A stretch of DNA of 64,000 nucleotides from the sequence record NC_070963.1; one strand, given 5' to 3'. This document shows positions 50,910 to 60,608 of this stretch, one piece after another. The position numbers were made by a program, and so were the translations under genes. Each line of letters starts with the position of its first letter. Within the stretch, counting starts at the first letter, position 1. The notes below the pieces were generated by a model. That model did no database searches. It worked only from the letters and a program-made list of their open reading frames with translations, and was not told where the DNA came from.

Positions 50910-51666
50910 ATTTTTGTTTTTAGTTGGGTCTGCAATTAATCATTTTAAAGAAGAAGACTTGAGTGCTTTTAAGGCAGAAGAGAGATTCCAACAAACACTG
51001 GATACAATTAAATCAATTAAAGATAAAGTTCCTGATGCTTATGTTTTAATCTATGAAGGGTCTGAAACTTCTATCAAACAAGAATACAAAGATAAGTTTA
51101 TAGAACAATCTGATTTATTTCTTGAGTTTGGAAATGACCCCTATATGAAATCTTTGTATGAAAATCTTCATAGAGACCCAGATAAATTTACATTTGTGAA
51201 ATCTATGTTGGAATGTAGATGTTTGCAATTAGTTCTAAATCATATGATGGAGCATAATATCTTTAATGATGCAATAAGAGTATTCAAATTAAGTGGTAGA
51301 TATAAACTGAATGAATACTTTGATATTAATGATTACAAAACTAGGTTCTTGATGAATAAGTATGTAATGAAATATTATGACTATGAAGAAAGATTTGAAG
51401 ATATTGAAAACATCTATGCAACTCTTTATGGATGTAAAGGAAGTATTGTGACTGGTTTGTGGTCATTTGATAGGTTTTTGTTCAATGATATTTTCAATGT
51501 TCTTCAAAGAAGTTTTGAATATATGGAAAGAGCAATTCAATTAACTGCTGGAATTGATATTGAACACTCTTTTTATCATTTTATAGACAGAGATAAGATT
51601 TTAAATGTTCCAGTTCTTGGATTTGATTTAATTAAAGGTATGAATGGAGATAGATATTCATTATGA
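50899..51666 (+). CDS. Hypothetical protein (glycan-island type)
   Basis: ERFQQTLDTIKSI and FKLSGRY motifs; coupled in the operon. Confidence 0.55.
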   Translation: MNYKFLFLVGSAINHFKEEDLSAFKAEERFQQTLDTIKSIKDKVPDAYVLIYEGSETSIKQEYKDKFIEQSDLFLEFGNDPYMKSLYENLHRDPDKFTFVKSMLECRCLQLVLNHMMEHNIFNDAIRVFKLSGRYKLNEYFDINDYKTRFLMNKYVMKYYDYEERFEDIENIYATLYGCKGSIVTGLWSFDRFLFNDIFNVLQRSFEYMERAIQLTAGIDIEHSFYHFIDRDKILNVPVLGFDLIKGMNGDRYSL

Positions 51667-52367
51667 AAATTGCAATCTTTTATCATACCTTTCAGTCAGG
51701 TATGGGTGCTTTTGTCTATCAATCTCAAATTCATAGGTTGTATTGTTCTGGATTAATTGATGCTGCTGATTACATTCATATTGGTGTGAATGGTGATCAA
51801 GAGATGTTTAATGTTCCAGAAAAAGCAAAAGTATCTTACAATACTAACTGGAAAGAAGAAACAGAAACTCTCATAGCACTCAAAAACTTTGCCTATGAAA
51901 ATCCAGATTATAAGATTTTGTATTTTCATATGAAAGGTGCAAGCAAAGAAACTCTTGTTGCAAACTCTTGGAGATTGATGATGGAATATTTTGTGATTGA
52001 CCGGTGGAAAGAGTGTGTAGAACATTTGAATGATTATGACTGCGTAGGGCAGACCTATAAACCTCTTGGACCAACTTTATGGGGTGATGGGACTATGACC
52101 AGTAACGAAGGTATTGGATGCTATTGTGGGAACTTCTGGTGGGCAAATGCGTCTTATATTCAAACACTAGACCATAACTATTTGAATACTAATTATCGTT
52201 TTGATAGAGAGTTCTGGATTGGAACCAATAAGAATGTAAAGGCAAAGTCATTTATGGAATATGCTGATAGTGATTACATTGCCGATAATCATCCCATCCC
52301 ATTAAAGAAAGGTATGAGTGACTATGAACCTTATACACATTACTTCCGTGAGGTAGAATACTTATGA
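51663..52367 (+). CDS. Hypothetical protein, possibly glycosyltransferase-like
   Basis: ILYFHMKG, GNFWWANASYI, REFWIG. Confidence 0.55.
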   Translation: MKIAIFYHTFQSGMGAFVYQSQIHRLYCSGLIDAADYIHIGVNGDQEMFNVPEKAKVSYNTNWKEETETLIALKNFAYENPDYKILYFHMKGASKETLVANSWRLMMEYFVIDRWKECVEHLNDYDCVGQTYKPLGPTLWGDGTMTSNEGIGCYCGNFWWANASYIQTLDHNYLNTNYRFDREFWIGTNKNVKAKSFMEYADSDYIADNHPIPLKKGMSDYEPYTHYFREVEYL

Positions 52368-52732
52368 GAGAGTGTAGAGAATGTACTGCTTGCTGTACTT
52401 GGTTACAAGGGTCTGCTTATGGATATGAGTTTGGTGGTGGAAAGTCTTGTAAGTTCTTATGTGAGAATGGGTGTAGTGTTCATAAGGTACGACCAAAAGT
52501 ATGTGAAGGATATTTCTGTGCTTGGGCACAAGAACTTTTAGCGGAAGAAATGAGACCTGATAAGTGTGGTGTTCTTGCTTCTGTGGAAAATAATGAAAGA
52601 GGACAATATATTAAATTAGTTTCAATTCAAGAAGAAATAAATACAGATATATTAGAATATTTTAAAAATTGGAGTAGAATGATGAATACTCCTGTGATTT
52701 ATTCAAACAATAATTCTTGGGAAGTTCTCTAA
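52364..52732 (+). CDS. Cys-cluster (YkgJ/CxxCxxCC-like) protein
   Basis: CRECTACC...CKFL...CSVH..RP..CEGYFC. Confidence 0.7.
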   Translation: MRECRECTACCTWLQGSAYGYEFGGGKSCKFLCENGCSVHKVRPKVCEGYFCAWAQELLAEEMRPDKCGVLASVENNERGQYIKLVSIQEEINTDILEYFKNWSRMMNTPVIYSNNNSWEVL

Positions 52733-53913
52733 TGCCTACTTTTTACAATTACACCGAGAATGGAGTAGTATATTCTTTTGATGATGTCTTTGTGCCTGCA
52801 GATGCTTTTAGGCAGGGAAACTTATGGGTTTGGGGTCGCAATAATTTTGGACAACTGGGAGACAATACAACAACCAATAGATCCACTCCAGTCACAACAC
52901 TTGCTGGTGGGGCAAACTGGAAACAAGTTGCTTGTGGAGGTAGTCATACTGCAGCAATTAAGACTGATGGAACCATATGGACTTGGGGTCTTAATAGTCA
53001 GGGACAACTAGGAGACAATACAACAACCTGGAGATCAACTCCAGTCACTACATTTGCCGGAGGAACCAACTGGAAACAAGTTGCTTGTGGAAATAATTAT
53101 ACCGCAGCAATCAAAACTGATGGAACCTTATGGACTTGGGGTGTTAATTTTAATGGACAACTAGGAGACAATACAGCAACCCTAAGAAACATTCCAGTCA
53201 CTACATTCGCAGGAGGAACCAACTGGAAACAAGTTGCTTGTGGGCAATTTCAAACATCAGCAATCAAAACTGATGGAACCTTATGGACTTGGGGTCGTAA
53301 TAATTATGGACAACTAGGAGACAATACATCAGGAACCGATAAATTCACTCCAGTCACAACATTCGCCGGAGGAACCAATTGGAAACAACTTGCTAGTGGA
53401 AGTGTTCATATAGCAGCAATTAAAACAGATGGAACCTTATGGATTTGGGGTCGTAATAATTTTGGGCAACTAGGAGACAATACAAAAACAGATAGATCCA
53501 CTCCAGTCACTACATTTGCAGGAGAAGCAAACTGGAAACAAGTTGCTTGTGGAGGTCTTCATACAGCAGCAATCAAAACAGATGGAACTTTATGGGATTG
53601 GGGTTATAATAATCCTGGACAACTAGGAGATAATACAACAACTAGTAGATGCACTCCAGTCACAACATTCGCCGGAGGAACCAACTGGAAACAAGTTGCT
53701 AATGGTAATGGAGTTGGTTTTAACGCAGCAATCAAAACAGATGGAACCTTATGGATTTGGGGTAGTAATGCTTATGGACAAATAGGAGACAACACTTCGG
53801 GGAGCAATAGACTTACACCAGTCACTACATTCGCAGGAGGAACTAATTGGAAACAAGTTGCTGGTGGATATGATCATACACTAGCATTCACATACATAGA
53901 CGATTATCAGTAA
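52732..53913 (+). CDS. RCC1/BLIP-II repeat beta-propeller C (7 repeats)
   Basis: Same 51-aa unit; ATG at 52732 from a TAATG overlap. Confidence 0.9.
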   Translation: MPTFYNYTENGVVYSFDDVFVPADAFRQGNLWVWGRNNFGQLGDNTTTNRSTPVTTLAGGANWKQVACGGSHTAAIKTDGTIWTWGLNSQGQLGDNTTTWRSTPVTTFAGGTNWKQVACGNNYTAAIKTDGTLWTWGVNFNGQLGDNTATLRNIPVTTFAGGTNWKQVACGQFQTSAIKTDGTLWTWGRNNYGQLGDNTSGTDKFTPVTTFAGGTNWKQLASGSVHIAAIKTDGTLWIWGRNNFGQLGDNTKTDRSTPVTTFAGEANWKQVACGGLHTAAIKTDGTLWDWGYNNPGQLGDNTTTSRCTPVTTFAGGTNWKQVANGNGVGFNAAIKTDGTLWIWGSNAYGQIGDNTSGSNRLTPVTTFAGGTNWKQVAGGYDHTLAFTYIDDYQ

Positions 53914-53931
53914 AAACATTATTTCTTAATT

Positions 53932-54714
53932 ATGAAAACATTATTCTTTCTTTCTGGTCTTCCAAGGTCAGGTTCTACTTTACTTGGGTCAATTCTTTCA
54001 CAACATCCAAAACTTCAGGCAACTCCAACATCTCCACTTGCAGATTTGCTCTGTTGGATTGATGAAGGATTCTCTAAAATAGATCTTCAATATACCTATG
54101 ATAAACCACAAGTAGTGTATAATACTTATAATGCAATACTTGAAAACTTCTATAATCACATAGAGAAACCTTGCGTTCTTGATAAACATCGTGGTTGGTG
54201 TAAGAATGTTTCTTCAATTGAAAAGTTTCTTCATCAAAAACCAAAAATCGTAGCAACCAACAGAAGAATTAGTGAAGTTCTTTCTTCTTATATCTTACTC
54301 ATTCAAAGAAACAATGAAGCAGATAATTTTGTAGATGCTCATTTAAGAAGAGAAGGAAAGGAAATCAATACTGACAATCGTATTGAATGTCTTTGGAAGA
54401 ATTATGTTTGCGATCCTTATGAAAGTTTAGTTTATGGTTTGACTAATTACAGAGACAATATTCATCTTGTAGATTATAATGATCTTACACAAAATCCAGA
54501 AAGAGAACTGAAAAAGATTTATGAGTTTCTAGAAATAGAAAATCATTCACACGATTTCTCAAGTATCTTTAATACTTGTGCAGAAGAAAAAGATCACGAA
54601 TGGGGGATTGATAATCTTCATCAAATTCGTCCCAAACTTCAAAGAACTTCACCACCTCCAGAAGAAGTGATTGGTGAAGAAAACACTCAACTTTATGATA
54701 AATTTAATATATGA
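53932..54714 (+). CDS. Sulfotransferase family protein
   Basis: FLSGLPRSGSTLL PAPS-binding motif; LDK; VDYNDL. Confidence 0.85.
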   Translation: MKTLFFLSGLPRSGSTLLGSILSQHPKLQATPTSPLADLLCWIDEGFSKIDLQYTYDKPQVVYNTYNAILENFYNHIEKPCVLDKHRGWCKNVSSIEKFLHQKPKIVATNRRISEVLSSYILLIQRNNEADNFVDAHLRREGKEINTDNRIECLWKNYVCDPYESLVYGLTNYRDNIHLVDYNDLTQNPERELKKIYEFLEIENHSHDFSSIFNTCAEEKDHEWGIDNLHQIRPKLQRTSPPPEEVIGEENTQLYDKFNI

Positions 54715-55397
54715 TTGAAGTATTTTTAAGACATTGCTATACATCCAAAGTTAATCTTTCAGGTGCAAATCGTCCAGACTGGTGGGATAAAGAAAAGGTA
54801 TTTGAAAACTTCAAGAATACACTCAATTCAGAAACTACAAATTACACAATCATCTTTGATGAGTGTTATGGCAAACAAGAAGACACTTTTCTCAAAGATG
54901 AAAATGCAGTAACGATTAACTGTGGTAAAGAGAGTGAAAGTTTCTGTAAGACATTAGATCATATTCTTTCACAAGACTTTGATGATGATACGATCATTTA
55001 CTTTCTTGAAGATGATTATGTACATCGTCCAGAATGGGATAAAGTTCTTATGGATGGATTTACTCTTCCCGTTCAGTATGTAACTTTGTACGATCACGGA
55101 GATAAGTATCAGGAGATGTATAAGGACTTTATGACTAAAGTTCTTGCCACTAAGTATTCTCATTGGATGCCTACTCCTTCCACGACTAATACTTTTGCAG
55201 TGAAGTTTAAAACACTCAAGGAAGATAAAGAAGTTCATAAACATTTCTCAACTGGATATGAACCTTCCGCAGATCACGGTAAATTTTTAGAACTACATAA
55301 GAGAGGAAGAAATTTAATTTCAAGTATTCCCGGTTATTCTACACATTGTCATTCTCAATTTTTATCGCCTTGTATTGATTGGAGCAAATATTTATGA
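54711..55397 (+). CDS. GT-A-like glycosyltransferase
   Basis: IYFLEDDYVH motif. Confidence 0.65.
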   Translation: MIEVFLRHCYTSKVNLSGANRPDWWDKEKVFENFKNTLNSETTNYTIIFDECYGKQEDTFLKDENAVTINCGKESESFCKTLDHILSQDFDDDTIIYFLEDDYVHRPEWDKVLMDGFTLPVQYVTLYDHGDKYQEMYKDFMTKVLATKYSHWMPTPSTTNTFAVKFKTLKEDKEVHKHFSTGYEPSADHGKFLELHKRGRNLISSIPGYSTHCHSQFLSPCIDWSKYL

Positions 55398-56929
55398 AGG
55401 TTACACTATACGCAATTGCAAAGAACGAAGAAAAAAATATTGAAAAGTTTCTCAAGAACGCAGAGAAATTTAATGATGTCGTTGTAGTTGATACTGGAAG
55501 CACTGATGATACAGTTCAACTACTTAAAGATGCTGGTATAAAAGTTTATGAGCATCCACAGACTCGTGCAGAGTTTGATTTTTCAGTCGCAAGAAATCAG
55601 GCACTGTCTTATGTTGAAACTGACTGGGCATTTGCACTTGACTTTAATGAAGATGTAGATGAGTTTCATCCAGAAGGATTTGGGGTAATTGCTGGCGAAT
55701 TCACTACCTTTAATCATTTGAGATTTGATGATAATGGAAAAGATGAACCTGTTCAATCTAATGAAGTTCATCCTCGTTTTCATAGAACTAAGAATTATAC
55801 TTGGGTCAATGCTGTTCATGAAGTTCCAAACTTTATTCCAACAGAAGATTACTCAAATCCAGTCAGCGTAGATACGACAATTAAGATTACTAAAAAAATT
55901 CATAAGTCTGTAGATAAAGAACTCTTTTACTTTTCAATTTGTGAAAGAGAACATAAGAAAGACCCTACCAACTGGTATTGGATTTGGTTCATTTTCAATC
56001 ACTACTTCAATGTTCAGAATACAGAAAAAGCACTTGAGTATGGTCAAGAATTTTTGAATGTATCCAAACCATACTTCGACAGTTTTAGAATACTTACTTT
56101 CATTCGTTGTAGTCAAATACTTTTAAGTATTGGTGATATGCAAAGAGGTATGAATTATGCCTTTCATGCAGTCAGTGAAGGAATGAATATGGGTGGAGTT
56201 CATCTATCACAAGCATTTGGATATTTGTTTGAACTTTCCAAGAGATTGAATAATCCTAATCTTACAATTTTTGCAACTGGTTTTAATCCAGATATGTTGT
56301 CCGCACCAGAAAGAATTGATGCCATTGATAAATTATTCTTGACTAATCTTGAAGACGTTCCTTCCTGTTGGAGAGGGCATCGTAAGTTTGCCGAATGGTT
56401 AGTCACTCAAGTCAAACCAGAAGTCACTGTAGATCTTGGTGTTGATTGGGGATTCTCTACCTTCTGTTTTGGTATGCCTCGCATTGGTCACGTTTATGGT
56501 ATTGATACTTTTGAAGGAGATCAATTCACTGGCGGAAATCACGGTTCTTATGAGTATGTTCTGAACAAACAAGAAAAACTCTTTATGAAAGATAATGTAA
56601 CTTTCATTAAAGGTCTCTTTGATGATGTTGCAAAGACTTGGGATAAGCAGATTGATATCCTTCATATTGATGGAGATCATGCTTATGAATCTGTCAAGCA
56701 TGATTATGAAACTTGGTTTCCATTTTTAAAAGAAAATGGTATAATACTCTTTCACGATACTTGCATTGAGGAACTGAATGGAAATCAATATGGTGTGAAG
56801 AAATTTTTTGAAGAACTTGATTTACCAAAAGTAACATTTACTCATACTTTTGGACTTGGTATTGCTTCTAAAAACAAAGAATTGATTGAGTTCATTAAGA
56901 CTAATTTTGATTTGGATAAACCTTTATGA
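55394..56929 (+). CDS. GT2 - TPR-like - class I SAM methyltransferase fusion
   Basis: AIAKNEE, VDTGSTD, DFSVARN; helical middle; VDLGVDWG...LHIDGDH...LFHD. Confidence 0.85.
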   Translation: MKVTLYAIAKNEEKNIEKFLKNAEKFNDVVVVDTGSTDDTVQLLKDAGIKVYEHPQTRAEFDFSVARNQALSYVETDWAFALDFNEDVDEFHPEGFGVIAGEFTTFNHLRFDDNGKDEPVQSNEVHPRFHRTKNYTWVNAVHEVPNFIPTEDYSNPVSVDTTIKITKKIHKSVDKELFYFSICEREHKKDPTNWYWIWFIFNHYFNVQNTEKALEYGQEFLNVSKPYFDSFRILTFIRCSQILLSIGDMQRGMNYAFHAVSEGMNMGGVHLSQAFGYLFELSKRLNNPNLTIFATGFNPDMLSAPERIDAIDKLFLTNLEDVPSCWRGHRKFAEWLVTQVKPEVTVDLGVDWGFSTFCFGMPRIGHVYGIDTFEGDQFTGGNHGSYEYVLNKQEKLFMKDNVTFIKGLFDDVAKTWDKQIDILHIDGDHAYESVKHDYETWFPFLKENGIILFHDTCIEELNGNQYGVKKFFEELDLPKVTFTHTFGLGIASKNKELIEFIKTNFDLDKPL

Positions 56930-57282
56930 AAGTTGCAATTCCAATATCAGTAGGAGAGTTAATTGATAAGATTACAATTCTTCAAATCAAATCTCAATAT
57001 ACTGATAATGAATATGTTCTTAAAGAACTACAAGATTTAATTCAAATTGCAAAAGATCTTGGTGTTTATAATGAGACTTACCTGCATTTACTTTTTGCTG
57101 TAAATAGTGTATTATGGGATGTGGAAGATAAATTAAGAGAACTTGAAAAATTAGAAGATTTTGGTTTAGATTTTGTAGAACTTGCTCGTTCTGTTTATAT
57201 TACTAATGACAAACGATCAAAAATAAAACGACAAATTAACGAAGAAACTGGTTCTCATTACAAAGAAGTTAAACTGTATTAA
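56926..57282 (+). CDS. DUF6165-like coiled-coil protein
   Basis: SVGELIDKITIL...LWDVED...ARSVY..ND.R...K..IN. Confidence 0.7.
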   Translation: MKVAIPISVGELIDKITILQIKSQYTDNEYVLKELQDLIQIAKDLGVYNETYLHLLFAVNSVLWDVEDKLRELEKLEDFGLDFVELARSVYITNDKRSKIKRQINEETGSHYKEVKLY

Positions 57283-57284
57283 TT

Positions 57285-58316
57285 ATGAAACGTGCTCTTA
57301 TTACTGGTGGTGCTGGGTTTATTGCCCATCATTTAATTGGACAAATTTTAAAAACAACTGATTGGGAAATTATTACTCTTGACCGTTTAGATTATAGTGG
57401 CAATCTCAATCGTCTTCATGACTTGATGCTTTCTTTTGACCCCAAAGTTCGTAAGAGAGTTAAAGTAGTTCATCATGATCTTAAGGCAGAACTTAATCCA
57501 CTTGTTCGTTATGAAATTGGTCAGGTTGATTATATTCTCCATCTTGCTGCTGGTTCTCATGTTGACCGTAGTATTCAGTATCCTATGGAATTTGTACTTG
57601 ATAATGTAGTTGGAACCTGCAACATTCTTGAGTTTTCTAGATTGCAAAATAATCTAGAAAGATTTATTTACTTCAGTACTGATGAAGTATTTGGTCCGGC
57701 ACCAGATGGGATTAAGTATAAGGAAAATGATAGGTATAATTCAACTAATCCTTATAGTGCAACTAAAGCAGGTGGTGAAGAACTTGCTGTTGCTTATGAG
57801 AATACTTATGGATTGCCAATTTATATCACTCACACGATGAATGTGTTTGGAGAGCGTCAGCACCCTGAAAAATATATTCCAATGTGTATTCGTAGAATTC
57901 GTGATGGTGAAACTGTAACGATTCATAGTGATTCTACCAAGACTATTCCAGGATCAAGACATTATATTCACGCCGAAGACGTTGCATCTGCAGTTTTATT
58001 TCTTTTAAACTATCAAGGATCTTTTGAACCAACTTGGGGAAATGCAAAATGTCCAAAGTTTAATATTGTTGGTTCTGAAGAATTGAATAATCTTGAACTT
58101 GCTCAAATTATTGCTGAAGCACAAGATAAAGAATTGAAGTATGAATTGGTTGATTTTCATTCTTCAAGACCCGGACACGACTTACGTTATGCTTTAAGTG
58201 GGGATAAAATGAAGCAACTAGGATGGGTTCCTTCTAAATCAGTTAAAGAACGCATCGTAGAAGTAGTTAAATGGACTCTTGAAAACAAAAGGTGGATTAA
58301 AAAGTTAAATAAATAA
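57285..58316 (+). CDS. NAD-dependent NDP-sugar dehydratase (RfbB-like)
   Basis: TGGAGFI, HLAAGSHVDRSI, STDEVFG, PYSATK, RPGHD.RY. Confidence 0.9.
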   Translation: MKRALITGGAGFIAHHLIGQILKTTDWEIITLDRLDYSGNLNRLHDLMLSFDPKVRKRVKVVHHDLKAELNPLVRYEIGQVDYILHLAAGSHVDRSIQYPMEFVLDNVVGTCNILEFSRLQNNLERFIYFSTDEVFGPAPDGIKYKENDRYNSTNPYSATKAGGEELAVAYENTYGLPIYITHTMNVFGERQHPEKYIPMCIRRIRDGETVTIHSDSTKTIPGSRHYIHAEDVASAVLFLLNYQGSFEPTWGNAKCPKFNIVGSEELNNLELAQIIAEAQDKELKYELVDFHSSRPGHDLRYALSGDKMKQLGWVPSKSVKERIVEVVKWTLENKRWIKKLNK

Positions 58317-58335
58317 CTACAAACTATAATGTCTG

Positions 58336-59445
58336 ATGGCAAATAATAGGGAGTTATCGCAACTAGGGTCTTTTACAATAGTTAATGATATCAATGGAAA
58401 CATTGGTATTGCGACCACAGCAACTCCCTATGTCGGCATTGGAACCACAAATCCACAAGCAAAGTTACACGTAGTTTCTGATGCGATTGTTGGTGAATTA
58501 AAGATTACAAGTGCTGGGATTGTAACTTCAAATAATCCTGGTGTTACAACTGTAAAGTATTATGGTGATGGTTCAAATCTAATTGGTGTAAATGCCTTTA
58601 ATGTTGTTGGACAACCATTAAATTCAAATCCAGTTTATCCAACCTTTGCTTCAAACATTGGTGTAACCTCTGTAGGAATTGCAAGCACTCAAGTTGCTTA
58701 TATTCCAAACTTTGGATTCTTGGGTATTGGAACCACCGGACCAACTCAAAGATTAGATGTCTTTGGTAACTTAAGAGTTCGTGGTGGAATTTATGATTCC
58801 ACCAATAGTCCTGGAAACTCTGGATACGTTTTAACCTCAAACGGTGCTGACATTGTTTGGTCTAGTGCAGGTGGAATTGGAATTGTAACCAACGCTGCTG
58901 GACTTAATGGTCAGTTACAGTTTAATAGCGTTGGTGTATTTTCTGGAACCAATCAAGTTTATTATGATGTAACAAGTGGAAATCTTGGTATTAACACTGC
59001 AATACCAAGATCTGATTTTGATGTTGTTGGTGACACAGAACTTGAAAGAGTTAGAATCACTGGTGTTACAACCATCGGTCAGATTCAGATTACAACATCT
59101 GGTATTATAACTTCCACAAATCCAGGTGTCACAACAGTTGTTTATTATGGAGATGGTTCAAATCTATTTGGTGTAAGTGCATTTTCTGTTATTAATCAAC
59201 CGATTGCACCTGCTACAGTATTCCCAACGTTTGCAAACAACATTGGAGTCAGTTCAGTTGGTATTGCAACTACTGGGTCTACAAGTTTTGTTTTTATACC
59301 TTCAACTGGAAATGTTGGACTTGGAAGCACGCAACCTTCTTATAAAGTAGATGCTGTTGGAGATATAAATATCACAGGAGCGTATAGGGTTGATGGTCGT
59401 AGTGTTCTTGATGATGCCCTCATTTACTCAATTGTATTCGGATAG
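58336..59445 (+). CDS. Tail-fibre-like protein
   Basis: Two YYGDGSNL...VYPTFA modules shared with the 39327 fibre; late promoter. Confidence 0.75.
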   Translation: MANNRELSQLGSFTIVNDINGNIGIATTATPYVGIGTTNPQAKLHVVSDAIVGELKITSAGIVTSNNPGVTTVKYYGDGSNLIGVNAFNVVGQPLNSNPVYPTFASNIGVTSVGIASTQVAYIPNFGFLGIGTTGPTQRLDVFGNLRVRGGIYDSTNSPGNSGYVLTSNGADIVWSSAGGIGIVTNAAGLNGQLQFNSVGVFSGTNQVYYDVTSGNLGINTAIPRSDFDVVGDTELERVRITGVTTIGQIQITTSGIITSTNPGVTTVVYYGDGSNLFGVSAFSVINQPIAPATVFPTFANNIGVSSVGIATTGSTSFVFIPSTGNVGLGSTQPSYKVDAVGDINITGAYRVDGRSVLDDALIYSIVFG

Positions 59446-59450
59446 TATAA

Positions 59451-59777
59451 ATGGCGAACGTATTTAAGTTAGCAACTAAAGCAAACGTTGGAGTCACAAC
59501 GGTTGGCATTTATACTGCACCATTGGCAACAACGACAACAATCATTGGGATTACACTCGCAAACATTTCTGGAAGTGGAATTAATGTTGCAGTAGGAATC
59601 ACAAGAGCAACTGCAGATGATGTAAGCATTCTGAAAAACGTGCCTATTCCTCAAGGTTCTAGTTTGGAGTTTATGAATGGAAATAAATTGGTTTTAGAAG
59701 CAACCGATACATTGACCGCAACGAGTGATGTAAGTGCAAGTCTTGATGTTTCGGTCACACTACTAGAGATGACCTGA
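59451..59777 (+). CDS. Small virion structural protein (paralogue of 37435..37764)
   Basis: MANVFK...GIYTAP...KLVLE. Confidence 0.7.
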   Translation: MANVFKLATKANVGVTTVGIYTAPLATTTTIIGITLANISGSGINVAVGITRATADDVSILKNVPIPQGSSLEFMNGNKLVLEATDTLTATSDVSASLDVSVTLLEMT

Positions 59778-59778
59778 T

Positions 59779-60597
59779 ATGGCACTTACAAAGATTAGTG
59801 GTGACGTAATTCAAAGCGGAATTGATATTAATATTGGTATTGTCACTGCGACAAGAATTGATGGTGATATAAACGGTAATGTAAATTCAACTGGTGTTTC
59901 TACATTCTCTACAATTAGAGTAGGAACCGCTATTACTATTAGTAGTGGTGTTGTGACTGCTACAAGTTTTGTAGGTAATGTTACAGGGAATGCAACTGGT
60001 CTTTCTGGAACCCCAAACATTACTGTAGGAACCATTGGAGCAACAAGTCTTAATGCTTCTGGTATTGTAACCGCTACAACTTTTTCAGGAAACCTGACAG
60101 GCAACGTCACTGGAAATGCAACTGGTCTTTCTGGAACTCCAAATATTACCGTTGGTTCTATTACGGCAGCAAGTGCTACAATAACTGGTAATGTAAGTGT
60201 TGCTGGAACAGTCACATACGAAGACACAACAAACGTAGATTCTATTGGAGTTGTTACCGCAAGAAGTGGTCTTCAAGTAACTGGTGGGTCTGTTGGAGTT
60301 CTTACATCAAACCCAAGAGCAACTGTTCAGGTCGGAACAACAGTTTTACAGTCAGTCTTTATTACCTCAACAGGTCTTGTTGGTCTTGGTTCAACGGCAC
60401 CAAGAGTATCTCTGGACGCATCACAAGAGACTGATGCTATTGCACTTCCACAAGGCACCACAGCACAACGTCCAGCAGGAAACTCACCATACATAAGATA
60501 CAACACTACCAACAGTGCTTTAGAGTTTTATAACGGCACTGACTGGGTAGAGATTATCAGCGATTATTTTCCAACTGGTTCCACTATATTAGGTTGA
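59779..60597 (+). CDS. Tail-fibre-like protein
   Basis: GNATGLSGTPNITV repeats; LPQGTTAQRP...IRYNTT...EFYNG. Confidence 0.75.
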   Translation: MALTKISGDVIQSGIDINIGIVTATRIDGDINGNVNSTGVSTFSTIRVGTAITISSGVVTATSFVGNVTGNATGLSGTPNITVGTIGATSLNASGIVTATTFSGNLTGNVTGNATGLSGTPNITVGSITAASATITGNVSVAGTVTYEDTTNVDSIGVVTARSGLQVTGGSVGVLTSNPRATVQVGTTVLQSVFITSTGLVGLGSTAPRVSLDASQETDAIALPQGTTAQRPAGNSPYIRYNTTNSALEFYNGTDWVEIISDYFPTGSTILG

Positions 60598-60608
60598 GGT
60601 AAGATATA

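Noticed and set aside
45486-53913. RCC1 repeats as a CRISPR array
   Set aside because: They are in-frame coding repeats of about 153 nt with no repeat-spacer structure, and no cas genes are present
45486-53913. A complete canonical DGR
   Set aside because: No reverse transcriptase, Avd or template repeat in the window; framework adenines are conserved. Kept only as a codon-bias observation
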